Below the pieces are notes generated by a model. The model worked only from the letters and a program-made list of their open reading frames with translations, ran no database searches and was not told where the DNA came from. Positions 47,109 to 57,484 of a stretch of 58,293 bases of DNA are shown one piece after another. This DNA comes from Nemertoderma westbladi (lineage: Eukaryota; Animalia; Xenacoelomorpha). Where the stretch lies: NCBI GenBank assembly GCA_032718475.1, contig JAUCBJ010007757.1:1-58293 (forward strand), written 5' to 3'. How positions within the stretch are numbered: position 1 is the first letter of the stretch; each line of letters opens with the position of its first letter. The position numbers and the translations under genes are program-made.

Positions 47109-50100
47109 GTGTATCGAGCACTTACGTATGAAAAAGACACAGACAGCGAGTTCCCCTTAACTACTTCTGACCGACAACCATCTTGGAAAGCGCCAACTTC
47201 CAATGTAGGAATCCGAGAATTTCCCGTAGTGCAGTTAAGGGTCCACGGACCTAAAAGGAGTTATATAGTGAATGCCCTCCTTGACTCCGGTAGCACGGGA
47301 ACATTCATCGACAAAGAACTAGCCGAAGACATCTTTGCTGGACAACCCAAGTTCCGAACTAAGTTAAACATGTCAGGAATTATGCAGGTTTGGAAATCTA
47401 CAGTAATAGCGGATTATTATGTAGGTGCATTGTCCACCCCCCAGGATGAACTAGGAGAACATAGTATAAGGTCAGTAAAAATGGTGGCGATAAAGAACTT
47501 CGCTACCAGCCAAGTAGAACCTTATAACTGGGATGAGGACGATTCCACCCAGCAGCTTAATATACCCAGATTCAACACAGATTACCCCGGAGTGCAAATA
47601 CTCATCGGCCAAAATGCGCATGAAGCGCTTGAGACATTAGAGAAACGGCCTGCTCAACCGCAACCATTACAAGTCTATGCGGGAAGAACTAGAGTAGGTT
47701 GGTACTTTACTGGCTCTTCACGTAGAACTCTAATGGAAAGATTACCAAAAGAACAGGTATATCAATTAAGTGAATGGGAAGTGGAGAGCAGTGAAGTTGA
47801 CGACCCAACTGAGGGAACACCATACTCCTCAGATAATGACGATATCCACCAGCTCTTCGACGAGGAGAATACCATCGATATCCTTACGGAAAACGAGACT
47901 TGGCAAAACCAAGTGAACCTATGTCAAGTCATTAGTCCATCAGGACGAGTCGACTATAACGACGAACTGAATGACGTAATAGAGAGATATAACGCGAAAA
48001 CTCGAGATGAACACGCCGTACGATTCTTTACTCAAGAGGCTGTGGAGCCCAATTCCTACGATAAGGCCCTATCGGTAGAAGAAGAAAGAGCCAAGCAGAT
48101 CCAGGAGACAACTACACGTTTTCTTAAAGATCAAGGTAGATATGAAATCGGTCTCCCATTCCGAAAGCGAGAACCAAAATTCATAAACAACCGACCCTTG
48201 GCGGAGAAAAGAATTGCTCAACTACATCGACGCCTTACGGCAAATGCTTCAGCTAAAGAAATGTATCAGACTCAGTTGAAGAAATTTATTAATAAGGGAT
48301 ATGCGGAGCGAGTACCGGAAGGAACACCCCTAACTGAAAGAACGTACTATTTAACACATCATTACGTTCCCAAACCCGGTAAACCTCATGAGGTACGAGT
48401 AGTATTCGACGGCTCTGCCCTCTACATGGGCCAATCCCTTAATTCCGAGTTGTTACCAGGACCCAACTTACTCCAATCCTTGTTGGGAATACTCTTAAGA
48501 TTACGACAATATTCAATCGCTTTCGCCTCCGATATAGAAAGCATGTTCTTACAAGTCAAGGCGCTGGATAGGGATCGAGACAGCCTACGATTTCTGTGGT
48601 GGCCTGAAGGAGACCTCAACCAGAAACCGGTGGAGTACTGGATGACCATCCAGGCTTTTGGGATCATCTCAAGCCCTTCAAACGCCTGCTCAGTGGTGCG
48701 CACCACTGCTGATGACAACCGGGACGCCTTCTCAAAAGAGGTGATCGACAACATCAAACGGGATATATACATGGACGACAATTTAAAGTCCCTTCCATCT
48801 GTGGAAGAAGCCATTGATGTCGCCAAAGGAACGGTAGAGTGCTTAAAAAGAGGTGGATTTCGATTAACTAAATTCACCAGCAACTCCCGTGAGTTTCTGG
48901 AATCGATTCCGGTAGAAGATCGAGGAGCGAAAGACCTAGACCTAATCAAAGATGATCTTCCAGAAACCAAGATACTTGGTTTGAAATGGGACACAGAGAG
49001 AGATATCCTGTTTTTCCAGCTAAAACAGCGAGATAATCCAGTTCGGACTAAACGGATTTGTTTAAGTATCCTGAGCACTTATTTCGATCCATTGGGATTT
49101 ATTAGCCCAGTTATATTGATTGCTCGGAGTTTAGTACAACAAATGTGGCTTGAAAACCACTCATGGGACGATCCACTTAAGGGAGAATTATTAAAGAAGT
49201 GGATGAAATGGGAAGATTCTCTACCAGCCATCGAGAACTTTATACTTTCCCGTTCATATTTTGGTCATGTTCTCCCTATGTATTCCTATCAACTCCATGT
49301 GTTTGGGGACGCCAGCGATATGGGAATAGGTATAGTAGCCTACCTAAGAGTGGAAACTCCGGATGGAATCAAAGTCGCCTTGGTTACCTCTAAGGCATTG
49401 ATAAACAACAAGTTGAAAGTTCCTCGAGCGGAGTTAAAAGCGGCTCTATACGCTACAGCCATCGGCCGGAATGTAACAGAACAGATCGACTATCCCCTGG
49501 AGAAAACTGTCTATTGGACCGATGCTTTACTCGTGTTGGAGTATATAACCAATGAAGTCTGTCAGTTCAGCGTCTTCGTTACCAACAGAGTAGCCATTAT
49601 ACTTAGTCGCACGAAGATGAATCAATGGAGACATTGCCCCGGAACGATTAATCCAGCAGACATCGCCTCCAGGGGAGCAACTCCACAAGAACTGATAGAT
49701 ACTCCAGACTGGTTAGGTGGACCCGACTTCCTAAGCAAAGAAGAGGATGAATGGCCTCCTCATCTTACTACGGCAGAGATTAGACAGGCCAAGGGAGTGG
49801 AGAAAGTCAAACCTAAAACTCAGGCGAGTAAATCGAAGTTATTTAAACCCGTGGTAGATCTGTCTGTACTACACACTTCCGGAGACGACGCTTTGGATCC
49901 GAAACCCACAGCCACAAACAAGTCTGTTGTGGAAATCAGAGAGAAGGATTGGAAATCTGGAATACCAGACGTTTCGCAACGACTCTCACCTCTCCTGCAG
50001 AGAGCGATATATCACTACAGTTCCTGGAACCGGCTCTGTAAGGCCGTTACATATCTAAAGCGATGTTTTCATCATCATTACTCCAGGGCGAAGACCAATA

Positions 50101-51653
50101 GTGATACCGCTCCACTGACATCTGTGCAGGTCCATGTTGTTAAAGATCTTCCCAAATATAAGATATCCGACAGGTTTCTGAAGGAGAAGATCAGTTATCA
50201 GGAGCATGAAGAAACCAACAAGCAGATGCTGAGACTCCTGCAATGCTATGAGGATTCCGATAAGTATTTCCTGTTGTTGAGAAATCCACAGATGCGCTTA
50301 CGGGATCGTTTCTCTAGCACAATGATAGATGGGTTGATACGTGTTGGAGGAAGATTAACTAATGCTCCATTATCCTTTGACACTAAGTTTCCCATACTCA
50401 TTAGAAATTTTGAAATACAAGTCAAGATGATTGTAGACGTTCACAGCAAACTTTATCATGCTGGTAGAGAACGAGTTCTTAGCGAAATTCGAACTCGCTA
50501 TTATTTTTATAAACCCCGTAGAGCTCTGAACCAAGTTCTTAGGAACTGCATACCCTGTAGGAAAGTATTCAGTAGGCCTTTAACACAGCGAGAGGCAGAA
50601 TTACCTAGGGAACGAGTAAGCTTCTATGAACCACCCTTTACTAATACCGGTGTAGATTTATTTGGCCCTATTGAAGTATATCGTGCTAGGACTATAGTCA
50701 AGAGATGGTGTGTCATCTTTGTTTGTATGACTTGTAGAGCTATCCATCTCGATATGGTGAACGATTTATCTACCAACAGCTTCCTATTGAGCTTACGACG
50801 ACAGATCGCTCGCTTTGGAACTAGTAACACGATGAGATCTGATAAGGGAACGAACTTCATTGGTGCCAACAATGAAATCAAAGCTTACGTCAAAGATTGG
50901 AACCAAAGACAGGTGGACGATCAGCTAAGGGTAACGGCGTCTAGCTGGACCTTCAACGCCGCAGACGCCCCTTGGTGGGGAGGAAGTTGGGAGAGATTAA
51001 TCAGGAGCGTGAAGACCGCATTTCACTTCATAGTGCCGTGCCGCGCGTATCTCACCGACGAACTTTTGCGGACGTTAATGGAGGAAATCGCCGCCTATCT
51101 CAATGAGAGACCGCTTATGCCAGTCTCCTCGAGTCCCGATTCCCTGGAAGCGCTAACACCCACGCACTTCCTACTGAAGAAACCTGTAGCCATGCTCCCA
51201 CGATCGGAAATCACAGACGGAGACGAATACTGCCGGCAAACTTGGCAACTTATGCAGTTGTTATCCCGTCGTTTCGCTGACCATTTCGAAAAACATTATC
51301 TGCCCACGCTACAACTTCGAACTAAGTGGTTTGCGCAGCAAGAAAACGTCAGCGCTGGAGACATGGTCCTTATTGTGGATTCAGATCTTCCACGTAAGCG
51401 GTGGCAGACAGGTCGTATCATCGAGACTCACATCTCGGATGATGGTTTGGTGCGATCGGTAGAACTCGTCGTCATGCGACGTAACTTTAAGAAACCGGGA
51501 ATTGTCTTCGAGACACAGCAGCTCAATCGCCCAGTTGGTCGTTTATGTTTACTGGAAAGAGACAGAGAACTCTCCGGAAACTACGGAAGGCAAGATACTT
51601 TTCCCACGACCACCTCCCTAATCCAACAAACATCTAGGGACTCCCCAATTTAA
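47109..51653 (+). CDS. BEL/Pao pol (protease, RT, RNase H, integrase)
   Basis: LLDSGS, YMDD, VFGDAS, NPADIASRG, GVDLFGP, SDKGTNF, APWWGGSWER; 1514 open codons. Confidence 0.96.
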   Translation: MYRALTYEKDTDSEFPLTTSDRQPSWKAPTSNVGIREFPVVQLRVHGPKRSYIVNALLDSGSTGTFIDKELAEDIFAGQPKFRTKLNMSGIMQVWKSTVIADYYVGALSTPQDELGEHSIRSVKMVAIKNFATSQVEPYNWDEDDSTQQLNIPRFNTDYPGVQILIGQNAHEALETLEKRPAQPQPLQVYAGRTRVGWYFTGSSRRTLMERLPKEQVYQLSEWEVESSEVDDPTEGTPYSSDNDDIHQLFDEENTIDILTENETWQNQVNLCQVISPSGRVDYNDELNDVIERYNAKTRDEHAVRFFTQEAVEPNSYDKALSVEEERAKQIQETTTRFLKDQGRYEIGLPFRKREPKFINNRPLAEKRIAQLHRRLTANASAKEMYQTQLKKFINKGYAERVPEGTPLTERTYYLTHHYVPKPGKPHEVRVVFDGSALYMGQSLNSELLPGPNLLQSLLGILLRLRQYSIAFASDIESMFLQVKALDRDRDSLRFLWWPEGDLNQKPVEYWMTIQAFGIISSPSNACSVVRTTADDNRDAFSKEVIDNIKRDIYMDDNLKSLPSVEEAIDVAKGTVECLKRGGFRLTKFTSNSREFLESIPVEDRGAKDLDLIKDDLPETKILGLKWDTERDILFFQLKQRDNPVRTKRICLSILSTYFDPLGFISPVILIARSLVQQMWLENHSWDDPLKGELLKKWMKWEDSLPAIENFILSRSYFGHVLPMYSYQLHVFGDASDMGIGIVAYLRVETPDGIKVALVTSKALINNKLKVPRAELKAALYATAIGRNVTEQIDYPLEKTVYWTDALLVLEYITNEVCQFSVFVTNRVAIILSRTKMNQWRHCPGTINPADIASRGATPQELIDTPDWLGGPDFLSKEEDEWPPHLTTAEIRQAKGVEKVKPKTQASKSKLFKPVVDLSVLHTSGDDALDPKPTATNKSVVEIREKDWKSGIPDVSQRLSPLLQRAIYHYSSWNRLCKAVTYLKRCFHHHYSRAKTNSDTAPLTSVQVHVVKDLPKYKISDRFLKEKISYQEHEETNKQMLRLLQCYEDSDKYFLLLRNPQMRLRDRFSSTMIDGLIRVGGRLTNAPLSFDTKFPILIRNFEIQVKMIVDVHSKLYHAGRERVLSEIRTRYYFYKPRRALNQVLRNCIPCRKVFSRPLTQREAELPRERVSFYEPPFTNTGVDLFGPIEVYRARTIVKRWCVIFVCMTCRAIHLDMVNDLSTNSFLLSLRRQIARFGTSNTMRSDKGTNFIGANNEIKAYVKDWNQRQVDDQLRVTASSWTFNAADAPWWGGSWERLIRSVKTAFHFIVPCRAYLTDELLRTLMEEIAAYLNERPLMPVSSSPDSLEALTPTHFLLKKPVAMLPRSEITDGDEYCRQTWQLMQLLSRRFADHFEKHYLPTLQLRTKWFAQQENVSAGDMVLIVDSDLPRKRWQTGRIIETHISDDGLVRSVELVVMRRNFKKPGIVFETQQLNRPVGRLCLLERDRELSGNYGRQDTFPTTTSLIQQTSRDSPI

Positions 51654-52174
51654 CAACGGCTGGAGTGGGTGTATGACTATATTTTATACTTGTCTTATTA
51701 TTTCATATTTATGTATGTATTATTATGTAATTTTATTATAATCGTTTTCTTTAATTTTATTTAGTAGAATGTTATTTTAGCAATTATTTAGTAGATTAGT
51801 GCAATATATATTAGTGTTTATTACTTAATTACTTATATATTATATATTTACAGCGACGGCGAGAAATAATTCTTTTTCTCTTTCCTTACTGTCCGTATTA
51901 CATTACAAATACGTAACTACAGTAAGATGGAATGTCCGTACTTATTAAAGTACAATAAAGCTCCTACTATATTTAAGTATTATTGATAGGCAGAGTATTA
52001 GGAATGCAAAATTCAGATCCTTGTGTCTCGGCTAAACCAAGCTCTGGGTAGACCTTTGAAACGACTTGCCTCTTCTCACTGACATTGCTTCGTGCGATAT
52101 TGCTCTCATAGCGTATATTAAATAATACATATAGTAGCGTGATGTCCCTTTAACAGTAGCGTACAACGCAAAAT

Positions 52175-52445
52175 AAATCTGTTAAACCCTTTGACCATCT
52201 GTAATTCTAGTCGATTAAGATATCGCAGCACCCACCGATATAATTGAAAGACAAAATTCTAGAATCAGTGGTTAACTTCCCCAGACAAGTTCTGGAATAA
52301 ACTGGTGCCCATCCTAAATATTAATTATTAATATTTACAAAATCTGTCAAATTTTAGATCCTTTAAAATTCTAGTCTATTAAGATATCGTAGCACTTACC
52401 GATATTCTTAAAAGGACCAATTTCATAGAATCAAGGAATCAAGGA
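52175..52445 (+). repeat. Two diverged tandem units (~165-bp period) downstream of pol
   Basis: aaatctgt...aattctagtc.attaagatatcg.agcac..accgatat occurs twice; also at ~1205-1500 on the minus strand. Confidence 0.7.
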
Positions 52446-52766
52446 ATAAAATTGTGTCTATTTAATATTAAATAATACAATTTACGGGAATAAATTTAAA
52501 TTCATATTTAATGAATTTGATAAATTGTCATTTTTATACAATTTATGACATTCCCAAAATTCCATTAATTAATAGATCATGGGAGCGGAGATTCACTATA
52601 TTAAGTGTATTAGTGTGCGAAAATCTCCAATATATAGTCAATAGCCGATAAAATTCATAAAATCATGTATAAAGGGGATATTGACAATTAAAGAATTACT
52701 ATTAAATAGCATCCCAGATCTGTATGCATGAGAATTACCCTAATTCTACCGCTAGCTTTCCATAAT

Positions 52767-52880
52767 GTCACCATGGCAACAACCACGCTAGAATTAGAAG
52801 TGAGTTAAAAGAACAATAGAAAGCTTGCCCCATTGAATAGTATAGGGAACAAATAGCACACTGCTAGTATCCAAGGATAC
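52767..52880 (+). promoter_or_regulatory. Pair of RFX X-box-like motifs (possible internal promoter)
   Basis: gtcaccatggcaac (52767-52780) fits GTHNYYATRRNAAC exactly; gtatccaaggatac (52867-52880) is X-box-like. Confidence 0.5.
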
Positions 52881-53080
52881 ATAACAATAACGTGACATTC
52901 TGGAAGGCACTTGACTAACGGACAAATGGCCCAAATGTGTATAATTTGTGACAGTTGTGTGGAATTTGTGCGTTTATAGGTGAATGTTACTACTAAAGTG
53001 TGTTTACAGTAGCGAGTCGCAATTGTGAAAGTAGCCCTAACTCTGCAGCAAGAACCTGAAGTAAATCTAAGCCTTTGGGA

Positions 53081-53188
53081 CGGACAGTGGAGTGACTTGT
53101 GCCGGTTATCGTTGTCGTTGTGTAGCTACTACGTTGGCGAAAACACAGCGACGACGGTACATCGGCGCTGAGGATCTTGCACTGTCCG
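53081..53188 (+). ncRNA. Predicted 108-nt RNA stem-loop
   Basis: cggacagtg/cactgtccg, gtgccggt/atcggcgc, tatcgttgtcgttgtgt/acacagcgacgacggta; the non-Watson-Crick positions in these helices are G-U on the + strand. Confidence 0.55.
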
Positions 53189-53268
53189 GGGGCAGAGAGG
53201 GGTAGGCAGCGACGCCCGCTAGCCTAAATATAAACTCATTATAATATTGATAAATTCATGTAGCAGAT

Positions 53269-53667
53269 ATGACTGAATTGATAGAAGATGATCTTGGTAT
53301 CAGGGAGCGATATACTCTACCTTTACAAGCGTTTGTTGATAGCTTGATACGCGGCGACGCTGGTCCAACTACTACGGAGGACGATGGTCGTTATATCGAA
53401 CCACCAATGTCCCAGGAGCAACTTACGCGTGAATTGTACTATAGAAAATTCACCGCTCGCTATACGCATCGTAATGGTACGTATATGGACTTCTTAACTA
53501 CTGGCCATCCTATCGATTTACATGATACGGACGATGTAGACACCAAAAGGGAAATGGTTTTATTTAAATATCATACCCAGCGGAGTCGGAACGATAAACC
53601 GAGAATGGAACACGAGAATTCTATTCGAAACCGACTCGAAGGATGGAATGTGGAAGAAGGCTTGTAA
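53269..53667 (+). CDS. Accessory hypothetical ORF (132 aa), possibly the start of a decayed longer gene
   Basis: ATG ORF with protein-like composition just after the hairpin; no recognisable domain. Confidence 0.5.
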   Translation: MTELIEDDLGIRERYTLPLQAFVDSLIRGDAGPTTTEDDGRYIEPPMSQEQLTRELYYRKFTARYTHRNGTYMDFLTTGHPIDLHDTDDVDTKREMVLFKYHTQRSRNDKPRMEHENSIRNRLEGWNVEEGL

Positions 53668-54454
53668 AGACAAGTAGAGGAGAACCACTGGAAAAAAGAC
53701 GTACTTTAATGTCCAGGGTCCATAATGTGAATAATTTTCCCCGGGGCACGGGTGCTCGCGGGTGGTCTCCTTCGGGAGGCTGTAATTTTCTCTTATTTCA
53801 TCGTCTTCCTGTAATTATTGTGATCAGTGTCACAATTAAAGAGCAAGAATGAATGGTGACATAACGGAAAACAAGTCCATCGTGGTATCTTACAGATACT
53901 ACCATATATCCTTCCTCCTCCTTACTACCATTATCCCTCTATACATCGCTATTGAAAATACAACATACTTCGTCCCACCTTCTCTTCCCAACGCGCTTGG
54001 AGCTTTGGGAGACGATCGACCAATCCTAGTGGTATCGTGGTATGGATCGTACCACTTACTACTAAACCTCCTCATCCCTTACTATTGATTTGGATGCTCA
54101 TATTGGTGTCCGCACCTCCTGTCCATGTCACATTCTGTTGATATTTATGATATCAACTTCCACCCTCTCGTTGTTGATTAGAAAATCAACCATCAATAAT
54201 TTCCACAAAGTCCACAACCGTGATACAAGGACTGAAAGGACACGTGGATAGTTTGTGAACAACTGGTACCATTATGTGTCATAAATCTGGTTGTTCACCC
54301 CCCTAATCACTGGGGATAAATTCATTTGGAGATAGTCTTCGAACGTTTGAATCCCCCTACTGAGATCGTATTTCTGAATATTTCAGAATGCGATATAGGT
54401 TTTCCTCTGCTCTACCATCACTGTCGGAAAACATGTTAGGCATACAACGGGAAC

Positions 54455-56230
54455 ATGGAGAACATTCCATATGCTTTCGTCGATACTCAGCTGATTGCTC
54501 CCTGGGCAGAAGGCCGAGGTTTCTTCCGCACTATGTATGCCAATTCACCCAGCGGCATTACTAAAGTACAACGAACCTCCATCGGACATCTTGCCTTTCA
54601 AGAATACGGATGGAATTTCAAGGTTGGAAATCCTATCAACTATCAACAAGTATATGGAGATCATTATTCTCGATTATACTTTGACGGACCATTGACCGCA
54701 CCTGGCGCCGTGTATAGCTTTATGAGTGTTCCACTTCGTCCCTCCTTAGCTATATACACGATCTTTGAAAACGCCGCACTTGCCGGTTGGCTAGCCGATG
54801 TGTGCAGTCGTACCATACGCGCCCATCCCTTAATACTTGGAACCAAACTCGCCAAGCTAGATGAACACAATAAATTCATCCGCTTCGAATGTTTCAGGCG
54901 CTTTCTGACTCCGTTCCGTAACGTTGATAGTCAGTTCAAGGACCGCGCTCTGACCAAACTCAGCCTAAGAGACTCAGCTGCGGAGAAGTTAGACAGCGCG
55001 GGATTCGCCCTTTTCAAGGACGTTTGTATACAGAACTTACATTCATCTGTTATACAAAGACCTCGAATACCCACGGGTTATTCTGTCGTGGAAGTTCAGA
55101 CAGTGGGTTCGCTTGCGGAGACAGCCGCACCTATCTCAGCTATGCAATTGGAAGACGAACCAATATGCTTAGAATCTGAGGAGATTCAGCCTACAGCGCC
55201 CCGGAGCAGCGATAACGACTACGTCTTGGAATGGTATCAAGGTCCACAATGTCTCACCGCATACGATTATCGGCACGCCAACTATGTTTCTCGAAAACGT
55301 TGCCGATTATGCGCATCGAGAGATCATTTCACCCCTATGGACTCAGACGTACCCTGCTCCTATTTCCACGAACAACCGATGATGGAGATCTATTGTGCGT
55401 ATTGCAGACTCAATAACTCGCACATTTTTGCAGTTTGCCCCCAATTTATGACTCAATGCCACCACTGTCAACTTAAAGGACATGCCAGTTTTAATTGCCC
55501 TTTTAACCGCGATTTGGAAAGCGTAGATGAGATGATTACCCTGCGCTACATCCGAGCTTGGGAAGCGAACGCGGATTTACATTGTGAGTCACGCCATCGC
55601 TATTACCCTGGACGCGCCTACGAGGGAGTTTACGCGTTCCATCCTTATCTATTCGCGTCTGTTGAACAAAAAACACGCACACCGAGTTACGAACTAATGA
55701 AGCGTGTTGGTGAGTGTATTTCCACCAAATTTGTTCGAAAATATCTCAGGAACGTCAATCCTAACGATATTAATTCATACCATTTGATCAATTTCATCCG
55801 TCAAGACCCTGAGTATGGCGATTTATTTATCAACTCGCACCCTGAGTTACAGGAAGTATCTCGACGGCCCTACGAATATCGAGCCAGAGAACGCGAGCTG
55901 GAAAGAACCATTAAACCGAGGAAGTTTCTCACCACTCACGGTCCACCTACCGCTATTGTCCAGACGACTCGTCAGGGACCAGTAGGAGCTGCTGTCCTAA
56001 GACGCGCCCTAAAGGCCGTTAGACCTCGCTCCACTGAAGTTGATATCGATCAACCAGGTACCTCGACCGGCGGATACACCGATCGTAATCCTAAACCTTC
56101 TGATGCAATTGTATTGCACCCTTCACCCAGGAGTTACAGCCCTCCTAGTAAAGTGGCTCGCCCCAAAGAGAAAAGGACTCTTGCTAGCCTCAAAAAACTG
56201 CGTAAACGCCGTCCGCGTAAGAAAGACTAA
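54455..56230 (+). CDS. Accessory 591-aa protein with three Cys/His knuckles and a basic C-terminus
   Basis: CRLCASRDH...C, CAYCRLNNSHIFAVC, CHHCQLKGHASFNC; ends KKLRKRRPRKKD; C-terminus conserved at 21325-21730. Confidence 0.85.
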   Translation: MENIPYAFVDTQLIAPWAEGRGFFRTMYANSPSGITKVQRTSIGHLAFQEYGWNFKVGNPINYQQVYGDHYSRLYFDGPLTAPGAVYSFMSVPLRPSLAIYTIFENAALAGWLADVCSRTIRAHPLILGTKLAKLDEHNKFIRFECFRRFLTPFRNVDSQFKDRALTKLSLRDSAAEKLDSAGFALFKDVCIQNLHSSVIQRPRIPTGYSVVEVQTVGSLAETAAPISAMQLEDEPICLESEEIQPTAPRSSDNDYVLEWYQGPQCLTAYDYRHANYVSRKRCRLCASRDHFTPMDSDVPCSYFHEQPMMEIYCAYCRLNNSHIFAVCPQFMTQCHHCQLKGHASFNCPFNRDLESVDEMITLRYIRAWEANADLHCESRHRYYPGRAYEGVYAFHPYLFASVEQKTRTPSYELMKRVGECISTKFVRKYLRNVNPNDINSYHLINFIRQDPEYGDLFINSHPELQEVSRRPYEYRARERELERTIKPRKFLTTHGPPTAIVQTTRQGPVGAAVLRRALKAVRPRSTEVDIDQPGTSTGGYTDRNPKPSDAIVLHPSPRSYSPPSKVARPKEKRTLASLKKLRKRRPRKKD

Positions 56231-56308
56231 CTGTTTAGAGTATTTTTATATTTTAGAAACTGTGATTTTTTATATTTTATAGAATTAAATCCCATTTTCT
56301 GGGAGCGG

Positions 56309-57484
56309 TGTAAAAGCTTTTGCGGAATTAGCTGGTTATTTTCCCCGCAAAGTACTCTGTAGTTGGTTTAACGGACATAAAAAGCCGTTTCCTTACTGTA
56401 CCGGTGTTTTAGTGGACATAAAAAGCCATTTCTTCTGTATGTGTACTTTAGCGGACATAACTAGCAATTTTATGTCGCAATACGCTAAAATCCTCTTGAC
56501 ACAGTGTAGTTACTATGACGACGGCTAACAGCTGATATGTACACGTGTAGCTTTTCCTTTGTTTCTTTGTTCGGACAACCAATCAGAGCGATTCTCCTGT
56601 TATTTGTACAGAAACCTCCGGGAAATCGCGCAATGCATTACGGTTTATGTTTACCTTTTTTCCTGATGCCAGAAGACCGGCTTTGGAATTTCTGTGTTTT
56701 CAGGCTTTAGCCAAACATTAGTAGGCTTGATCATAGAAACGTATAACTGTTATCAATCATACCAACTACCAAATCAATGCAAATCATATTGTCAACTACA
56801 AACACCGCATTTTTACTGCTATTTACTGTCGGTTATTAATTATATCAGTTGATGGAATATTATTATATTGGATAATATCGATAAATAATTATAAAACCCT
56901 CAATCTTCTTGATATACTGAAGGTAAAGAGACCGGTTACATATAACAATTGCGACTTACATTATATTGGTTTTGGAGTGAATCTAATGCTATTTCATAGG
57001 CACTACATGAGTCGGTTGCTGTTCTCTTTATATGTGACTAAAATTAGTGAAGGTCGGCAGATCGGTGTGCAGCATTGTGCGGTAGTGTGCATGATTGTGA
57101 CTGATAACAAAGCATCTCCTAAAGAATGCGCTTTATACGTGAATCCATAGCCATCCCGTTGTGTCTAGTGTAAGTCATAACTCTGTTTACATATTTAGAG
57201 CGCCACGTCCTAAAGGAACTGTTAATATTTCCCGAAAGTGAATAATATTGGTCAGAGATTATATATTAACAATCAGTCGAATAATACAGTAGGCCTACAC
57301 CGCAATAAGGTCAAAGCTTCCGAATCCAGTCTCCCGGGTATATCCAGCGGGTGAATGGTCGCGCATAGACTGGCTTCGGCTAATGTAGTGTATCAAATAC
57401 TCGTCATAGGCTAAAGTCGATTTATAATCTAGAAGACATCTAAATTTGGCAGGTTAAACTGCTAAAGGTCTGAAAGCGCGAACA
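56309..57484 (+). repeat. 3' LTR, preceded by PPT gggagcgg
   Basis: Matches 33531-34709. Confidence 0.95.

Larger units (their letters stand above)
33531..57484 (+). mobile_element. Full-length giant BEL/Pao LTR retrotransposon with accessory ORFs and nested inserts
   Basis: Paired LTRs (TG...CA), flanks tcccc/acccc; the host RT frame joins across it (YIERLVSLP|PNGYFLPHHAV). Confidence 0.94.

Noticed and set aside
47030-47110. Programmed gag-pol frameshift
   Set aside because: The minus copy reads through in one frame; the plus copy has a net 5-nt loss, so this is a mutation.
2146-50881. Many short antisense ORFs over pol, TTC29, OGG1 and the Maverick genes
   Set aside because: Shadow ORFs of real coding sequence with no independent motifs.
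54455-56230. env gene or captured nanos
   Set aside because: No signal peptide or TM anchor seen; Cys/His spacing differs from the Nanos CX2CX12HX10C pattern.
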